The translations under genes and the position numbers were made by a program. From assembly GCA_031364505.1 (NCBI GenBank), contig JANLWK010000222.1, positions 1 to 57,759 on the forward strand: a stretch of 57,759 nucleotides of DNA, read 5' to 3'. The DNA is from Candidatus Eiseniibacteriota bacterium. Lineage in GTDB: Bacteria; Eisenbacteria; RBG-16-71-46. This document shows, in pieces, positions 52,578-57,759 of this stretch. The stretch's first letter is position 1. Each line of letters opens with the position of its first letter. Below the pieces are notes generated by a model that was not told the DNA's origin, did not search any database, and worked only from the letters and a program-made list of their open reading frames with translations.

Positions 52578-54238
52578 TCGCAAATTTCATGTTCGAGCGG
52601 AGCTACCGGCGCTTCGTCGCGGCGCGCGAGCAGCCGCTGCGCGCGCAGGCCGCCCGGCTGCGTGCCATCCTCGGCCAGGCGCGGGACACCACGGTCGGCC
52701 GGCGCGCGGACTTCGCCCGCATCCGGAGTATCCGCGACGACGCGGCGATGATCGGCGCGTTCCGCCGGGAGGTACCGGTGCGCACGTGCGCCGAGATGCG
52801 CGACGATCTCGACGCGGTCTATGCCGGCGACTGGCGACGAATGTGCCCGAGCCGGCCGGTATTCTTCGCCATGACTGCCGGATCCACGGGGCACTACAAG
52901 TACGTCCCGGTCACCGCGGAGTTCCGGCGCGAGTTGCGCGAGGCGGCGCTGGTCTTCAGCGGCGCGATGCAGGCGTGCTATCCCGCCGTTCGCCGGCTGC
53001 GATCTCAGTTTCTCGTGGGATCCGCGGAAGGCGGCCGATCGCCGGCAGGAATCCCGCAAGGGTTCGCGTCGGGATTCAACTACAAGAACTTCCCGTGGCT
53101 CGTGCGCCGCCGGTTCACGGTGCCGTACTGGGTGTTCACCATCGAGGACACCGAGGAGCGCAATTACGCCGCCGGGCGCATCCTCGTATCCGAGCGACGG
53201 CTGGGCGCGCTCGTTGCCATCTCGCCCGTCAACCTGATCAACCTGCGCCAGGCGCTCGACCGCAACGCCGCGCGACTCTGCGACGACATCGCCGCGGGCA
53301 CGCTCGACGTGCGCGGGGCCTCGGCCGTGCGCGGGAGTTTCCACACGCGGCCCGACCCCGCGCTCGCCGGGGCGCTGCGCGACGCCTGTCGCGGTGGCGG
53401 AAGGCTGCCCACGCGCCTGCTGTTTCCGGGGCTCGAGGTGCTCGTGTGCTGGCAGGGAGGCAACATGGGCTATTCCCTCGACGCGCTGGACGCCGCCTTC
53501 GAGATGCGCCACCGCCTCGAGTTCCCGGTGTCGGCGAGCGAGGGCGTGTTCGCGATCCCGCACCGCGCCGACCGGCCGGGTGGCGTGCTGGCGATCACGT
53601 CGCACTTCCTTGAGTTCCTGCCCGACTCGGGCGGGAGCGCCGCCACCGGCGAGGCGTTGCGCGCCGACCAGCTCGAGCCCGGCGGCGAGTACCGGATCGT
53701 GGTGACGAACGGCGGCGGGCTCCATCGTTACGACATGGAGGACATCGTGCGCGTCACCGAGATCGTCGGCCGCACACCGGCCATCGAGTTCGTGGCGAAG
53801 GCGGGCCGTCGCACTTCCGTGAGCAACGAGCGACTCACCGAGCTCGACGTGACGCACGCCATGCTTGCGGCCAGCCGGGCGTGCGGACGCTGGTTCGATG
53901 CGTTCCTGTTCGTCCCCTGCACCGACCGCCGCTACCGTGTCGTGCTGGACGGCGCCGAGCTGCGCGGCGCCGGGGGAGGCGAACACGGGTTGCCGGAACT
54001 CGCGGCGGAGTTGGAGCGTCAGCTGCGAGCCGCGAGCAAGGGTTACGACTTCGAGCGCGACGACGCGCTGCTCGAGCCGCTCGAGGTCGTGGTGACCGCG
54101 CCGGGCGAGCTGGTCGAGCACCTGCGCCGTGCACAGGGTGCGCCGGCGATCCCGAGTGCCCAGGACAAGCCCGTGCGGCTCACCGCGGAGTTCGACCTGC
54201 ACCGGCGCCTCGCGATCCGGAGGGCGCATGCGGCTTAG
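52574..54238 (+). CDS. GH3-family (PF03321-like) adenylating acyl-acid amido synthetase homologue
   Basis: GTGA overlap. The three GH3/ANL nucleotide motifs are recognisable: TAGSTGHYKYVP (SSGTT-like), SASEG (YxxSE-like), HRYDMEDIV (YRxGD-like). 554 aa. Confidence 0.78.
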   Translation: MIANFMFERSYRRFVAAREQPLRAQAARLRAILGQARDTTVGRRADFARIRSIRDDAAMIGAFRREVPVRTCAEMRDDLDAVYAGDWRRMCPSRPVFFAMTAGSTGHYKYVPVTAEFRRELREAALVFSGAMQACYPAVRRLRSQFLVGSAEGGRSPAGIPQGFASGFNYKNFPWLVRRRFTVPYWVFTIEDTEERNYAAGRILVSERRLGALVAISPVNLINLRQALDRNAARLCDDIAAGTLDVRGASAVRGSFHTRPDPALAGALRDACRGGGRLPTRLLFPGLEVLVCWQGGNMGYSLDALDAAFEMRHRLEFPVSASEGVFAIPHRADRPGGVLAITSHFLEFLPDSGGSAATGEALRADQLEPGGEYRIVVTNGGGLHRYDMEDIVRVTEIVGRTPAIEFVAKAGRRTSVSNERLTELDVTHAMLAASRACGRWFDAFLFVPCTDRRYRVVLDGAELRGAGGGEHGLPELAAELERQLRAASKGYDFERDDALLEPLEVVVTAPGELVEHLRRAQGAPAIPSAQDKPVRLTAEFDLHRRLAIRRAHAA

Positions 54239-55253
54239 CGTGCCGGGCGTGCGCGTCGCGGACGTGGAATCGTGTGACTTCGCGATGATCCCGAGCATGG
54301 ACACGCGATCGCTGCTGCGGGCCGCGCGCCCGGAGGACTGGGAACGTTATCTCGAGTCACCGGTGTCGCGCCGGCTGCTGGCCGAGCTGGGCGTCGAGCG
54401 GCGCTACATGACGCACGTGCCCGGCCGCTTGCCCGACCCGGCGCGCCTCACCGCGCTCGACCTCGGGATCTCCGCCGTCGAGCGACTCCGCGCGCGGCGA
54501 CCGGACCTGCTCGCGCACCTCGATGCGATCGTGTTCGTGAGCACGTCGAATCCGAGCCCGTGCAATTGCCAGGCCTCGCTGCTCGCGGAACGGCTCGGCC
54601 TGGCCGCGTCGTGTTACGACATCAAGGCGGGCTGCAGCAGCGGGGTGCTGGGGATCGCCCAGGCGGCGCTCCTCGTGGCGGCGGGATGCGAGCGCGTGCT
54701 CGTGGTCATGGCCGAGAACCTGTCGCAGCTCATGCCCGCCGACGACCTGCGCGCGCTGCTCACGGTGGGCGATGGCGCCGCATGCGCCGTGGTCGAGCGG
54801 CACGAGGGACCCGGGTTCGTGAGCGTCCTGCACGAGACCGATTCGCGCTTCGCCGGCACGATGGCCGTGCGCGCGCCGTTTCCGCCCGCCGTCCCGGACG
54901 CGCGGTACGTGTACGAATTCGCCGACACGCAGGCCGTGCGTGATGCCCTGCACGAACGTTGGCGCGACGTGTTCGGCGAGAGCATGCGGGCCGCCGGCAT
55001 GCGGCCCGGCGATCTGGCGCACGCATTCTTGCACCAGACCCACGCCGCCCAGGTCGACGACCTCGTGCGAGACGTCGGCCTCGATCCCGCGCGCGTCGTG
55101 CGCGTGGTGCACGAGCACGGCAACATGGGCTCGCCGACCTTCGCGGTGGCGATGTCGCGGGCGTTCGCGCGCATCGAGCCCGGCCAGCGTTTCCTGATGC
55201 AGGCGGTGGGAGGCGGCCTGAGCTCCTGCGCGATCGTCGCGGAGCACCGGTGA
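54228..55253 (+). CDS. second, divergent KASIII/thiolase-fold condensing enzyme
   Basis: ATG 54228 follows GGAGGG and overlaps the GH3 3' end by 11 nt. Cys (KAGCSSG), His (FLHQTHA), Asn (HGNMGSP). Confidence 0.8.
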   Translation: MRLSVPGVRVADVESCDFAMIPSMDTRSLLRAARPEDWERYLESPVSRRLLAELGVERRYMTHVPGRLPDPARLTALDLGISAVERLRARRPDLLAHLDAIVFVSTSNPSPCNCQASLLAERLGLAASCYDIKAGCSSGVLGIAQAALLVAAGCERVLVVMAENLSQLMPADDLRALLTVGDGAACAVVERHEGPGFVSVLHETDSRFAGTMAVRAPFPPAVPDARYVYEFADTQAVRDALHERWRDVFGESMRAAGMRPGDLAHAFLHQTHAAQVDDLVRDVGLDPARVVRVVHEHGNMGSPTFAVAMSRAFARIEPGQRFLMQAVGGGLSSCAIVAEHR

Positions 55254-57538
55254 CACGACCGGCGGGACCGGGCAGGACATCGCTGGCGCTCGCGATCGTG
55301 CGCGGGCGCGGCTGGATCGGCGCCGCGTGGGTGCTGGTGGCGGCGCTGCTGCTGCCGCAGGCGCGGCGTGCTCCCGACGTGCTCGACGTGGGCGCCCACA
55401 TCCGCGGCAGCGAATCCGCCGCCGTCGAGCAACTGCTCGCCGGCCCGCTCGCCTCGTCGTATGCGCGTTACGCGGTCCTCGTGGTGGGAGGGATCCCGTC
55501 GCCGAACACGCCCGCGGGCACCGCCGCACTCGAGCGTATCGTGTGGCCGCTGCGGGATGCGCCGGCGGTGGCCGGCGTCTTCTCGTATCTCGACTACCCG
55601 GACACGCTGTTCGTGTCACCGCGCGGGCGGGGGACGCTCGTGCTCGTCGGGTTCGCGTCCGACCAGGGCTCGCCCGATCGCCTCGTGCCACCGTTGCGCA
55701 GCCTCACCGCCCACCTGGCCGACAGCCTGCGCGCCGACTTCCCCTCCGTGACCCTGCGATGGACCGGGGAGACCGCGCTGAACGTCGACCTGCGCCGCGC
55801 GAGCGGCCTGGACGTCGGCGCGGCCGAGCGCCGGGCGCTGCCGCTCACAGCGCTGTTCCTCCTGCTGGCGTTCGGCGCGCTGGTCGCGGCATTGCTCCCG
55901 GTGCTCGCCGGTCCGCTCGCGATCGCGATCACGCTGGGCGCCGCGGTGATGGTGGCCCTCGTGTGGCCGCTCTCGATCCTGTTGCAGAGCGTCGTGGCGA
56001 TGCTCGGGCTCGGGCTCGGCATCGACTACGCGCTGCTGATGGTGAGCCGGTTCCGCGAGGGGCTCGCCGGTGGCGAAACGCCGGAGGCCGCGGCGGAAAC
56101 GGCGGCGCGTCACGCGGGTCACACCATCCTGCTCTCGGCCGCGGCCGTCGCCCTCGGATTCGCCGTCCTGCTGAGCGTGCCTCTCAACGAGATGCGCGCG
56201 ATCGCCGTGGGCGGCCTGCTGGTGGTCGTCGTGTCGGCGCTACTCGCCACCACGCTGCTCCCCGGCGTGCTGGCGGCACTCGGGCACCGCGTGGACTGGG
56301 GCCGGCTGGGATGGCGGCCGGCCGCCCGCTCGGGCGCGGAGGGATGGCGGCGATGGGGGCGCTGGATCACCGCGCGCCCGTGGATCGCGCTCGTCGCGGG
56401 CGTCCTTCCGCTCGCGCTGCTCGCCGCGCAGGCGCCGCGAATGCGGACCGGGCTGCCGCGCGGCGACTGGCTGCCGGCGTCCATGGAGTCGGTACGGGCG
56501 CTCGACGACCTGGCCTCGATGGGGCGCCGCGGCGTGGTGCAGGCCGTACGCGTGGTCATCGAGTTCCCGGATGCCGGCCCGGAGCGGCGCATCGCGGACT
56601 GGCGAGCGCTGGCGCGTTTCGACGCGGCGCTACGCGCCGATCCGAGAGTCGAACGCGTGCGCTCGGTGTTCGCGGTGGCGGAGGCTTCGCACCTCGACTG
56701 GGCCGACATGGTTACGCTGCCGGAGGGGCTCGCCCCGCCGCTCACACGCGGACTCGTCAGCGCGGAGGGCGCGAGCGCTCTGCTCGAGCTGGTGCCGCGC
56801 GACGAGCTGAAGCCCGAGGAGGCGGTCGCGCTGGCGCGCGAGCTTCGCGCGAACGCGGCGCGGCGAATCGGCGTCCCGGGCGCTCGCGTGCGCGTCGGCG
56901 GCCTGCCCGCCTTCAACGCCGACTACCAGGACGCGGTCGCCGGACGCTTCTGGCAGATTGTCGGGTTGATCGTCGCAGGCACGCTGCTCGCGCTGTTCCT
57001 CGGGTTCCGCTCGGTGCTCGTGCCGCTCAAGGCGGTCGTGCTGAACCTGCTCACCGTCGCAGCGACATTCGGGGCGGTGGTGCTGGTGTTCCAGGAGGGC
57101 CACGGGGGCGGCGTCTTCGGTGTGCGCGAGCCGCTCGGGGCCGTGTTCTCGTCGCTGCCCGTGATGGTGTTCGCCATCGTGTTCGGCCTCAGCATGGATT
57201 ACGAGGTGTTCCTGATGACGCGCGTGCGGGAGGGATGGATGGCGGGGGCGGGCAACCGCGAGGCCATCGTGGACGCGCTGGGGACGACCGCGCAGGTGAT
57301 CACCAGCGCGGCCGCCATCATGCTCGTCGTGTTCGCCGCGTTCACGCTCGGCGACTTCCTGATCACGAAGATGCTCGGCTTTGCCCTGGCCGTCGCCGTC
57401 CTGCTCGACGCGACGATCGTACGCATGGTGATCGGCCCCGCGCTGCTGCAGCTCGCGGGCCGCTGGAACTGGTGGCCGGGTGCGGGCCGGAGACGGCCCG
57501 AAACGCCCGGCGACACCGCCCCTACATCATCGGTTTGA
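55250..57538 (+). CDS. MMPL-family (RND superfamily) membrane transporter
   Basis: GTGA overlap. Two 6-TM modules, each carrying the MMPL signature (GIDYALLMVSRFRE; GLSMDYEVFLMTRVRE). Two periplasmic loops. Confidence 0.88.
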   Translation: MTRPAGPGRTSLALAIVRGRGWIGAAWVLVAALLLPQARRAPDVLDVGAHIRGSESAAVEQLLAGPLASSYARYAVLVVGGIPSPNTPAGTAALERIVWPLRDAPAVAGVFSYLDYPDTLFVSPRGRGTLVLVGFASDQGSPDRLVPPLRSLTAHLADSLRADFPSVTLRWTGETALNVDLRRASGLDVGAAERRALPLTALFLLLAFGALVAALLPVLAGPLAIAITLGAAVMVALVWPLSILLQSVVAMLGLGLGIDYALLMVSRFREGLAGGETPEAAAETAARHAGHTILLSAAAVALGFAVLLSVPLNEMRAIAVGGLLVVVVSALLATTLLPGVLAALGHRVDWGRLGWRPAARSGAEGWRRWGRWITARPWIALVAGVLPLALLAAQAPRMRTGLPRGDWLPASMESVRALDDLASMGRRGVVQAVRVVIEFPDAGPERRIADWRALARFDAALRADPRVERVRSVFAVAEASHLDWADMVTLPEGLAPPLTRGLVSAEGASALLELVPRDELKPEEAVALARELRANAARRIGVPGARVRVGGLPAFNADYQDAVAGRFWQIVGLIVAGTLLALFLGFRSVLVPLKAVVLNLLTVAATFGAVVLVFQEGHGGGVFGVREPLGAVFSSLPVMVFAIVFGLSMDYEVFLMTRVREGWMAGAGNREAIVDALGTTAQVITSAAAIMLVVFAAFTLGDFLITKMLGFALAVAVLLDATIVRMVIGPALLQLAGRWNWWPGAGRRRPETPGDTAPTSSV

Positions 57539-57759
57539 TGATCGAGAACCACGCACCCTGCGGATCGCGGATCACGGCGAAGCGGCCGATCGTCGGGATG
57601 TCCGTGGGCTTCATCTCGACCGTGGCGCCGAGCGTCTCGGCCGTGGCCGCGGCCCTGTCGCAGTCGTCGACGGCGAAGTAGATCATCCAGTGCGGATGCG
57701 TGAGTGTCATCGCGGGCGTTGCGATCATCATGCCGCCGACTTGCACGCCGCCCTGCTTG
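57522..57759 (-). CDS. VOC/glyoxalase-fold protein, C-terminal part only (5' end outside window)
   Basis: ...HWMIYFAVDDCDRAAATAETLGATVEMKPTDIPTIGRFAVIRDPQGAWFSII. The frame stays open to the window edge (KQGGVQVGG...). It converges on and overlaps the MMPL 3' end by 17 nt. Confidence 0.75.
   Translation of the reverse strand, partial: KQGGVQVGGMMIATPAMTLTHPHWMIYFAVDDCDRAAATAETLGATVEMKPTDIPTIGRFAVIRDPQGAWFSIIKPMM

Noticed and set aside
52427-54304. 625-aa minus-strand ORF antisense to the GH3 gene, and similar long antisense ORFs (49196..51076, 54357..55691, 43372..44256, 41735..43666).
   Set aside because: These are shadow ORFs. The sense frames have family motifs and coupled start/stop architecture.
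57744-57746. GTG at 57746 as the start of the terminal VOC-fold gene.
   Set aside because: The frame stays open to the window edge. The domain would lack its N-terminal half, so the gene almost certainly continues outside the window.
1-57759. Searched by eye for CRISPR-like spaced repeats, IS/transposase, integrase/recombinase, reverse transcriptase and rRNA genes.
   Set aside because: None was recognised in any frame. The only nucleotide-level repeats found are the tRNA-Ala 45-mer, the HigBA ghost and the NAT 3' remnant. A computational repeat or HMM scan would be needed to be certain.

Overview
High-GC (roughly 70%) bacterial chromosomal window with about 50 protein-coding genes, one complete tRNA-Ala(GGC) and the 5' part of a tRNA-Leu(CAA) at the left edge. 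I saw no rRNA, CRISPR array, transposase or integrase. Gene starts were placed with the ORF track plus Shine-Dalgarno motifs and stop/start overlaps. ATGA and GTGA overlaps are very common here, so many genes sit in tightly coupled operons. SBBP repeats, a FlgD-Ig/T9SS-type C-terminal sorting domain and several GT-C+TPR membrane proteins suggest a Gemmatimonadota-like or other FCB-group lineage; this is inference only.

Main blocks:
- 1-14.2 kb: stress and envelope genes (USP-YceI-porin-SRPBCC operon, an Asp-less LuxR regulator, a DUF853 ATPase, a TMTC-like membrane protein, a SWIM+SNF2 helicase, a DJ-1/PfpI protein).
- 14.2-20.9 kb: a lower-GC accessory island next to tRNA-Ala. It holds a 45-bp duplication of the tRNA 3' part that brackets a 1.2-kb integrase-less cassette. 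The cassette carries only a DUF4258/MqsA-like toxin-antitoxin pair, and the toxin is frameshifted. The island also has an internally deleted ghost of a HigB/HigA-like module and the intact paralogous module.
- 20.9-25.4 kb: xenobiotic-type enzymes, plus an ECF-sigma/hydrolase cassette flanked by a duplicated NAT gene 3' end.
- 25.4-30.1 kb: a PknK-like Ser/Thr kinase-STAND-TPR protein translationally coupled to an ABC-F ATPase.
- 30.3-48.6 kb: a 1507-aa SBBP/LamG surface protein, envelope glycosyltransferase-like genes and assorted hydrolases.
- 48.7-57.5 kb: the most interesting candidate. It is a seven-gene, fully overlap-coupled operon: carboxyltransferase, KASIII, SDR, membrane-anchored hexapeptide acyltransferase, GH3-family adenylating enzyme, a second KASIII-like protein and an MMPL exporter. 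I cannot match this composition to any characterised pathway.

All functional calls come from motif and family recognition by eye. No database search was run.
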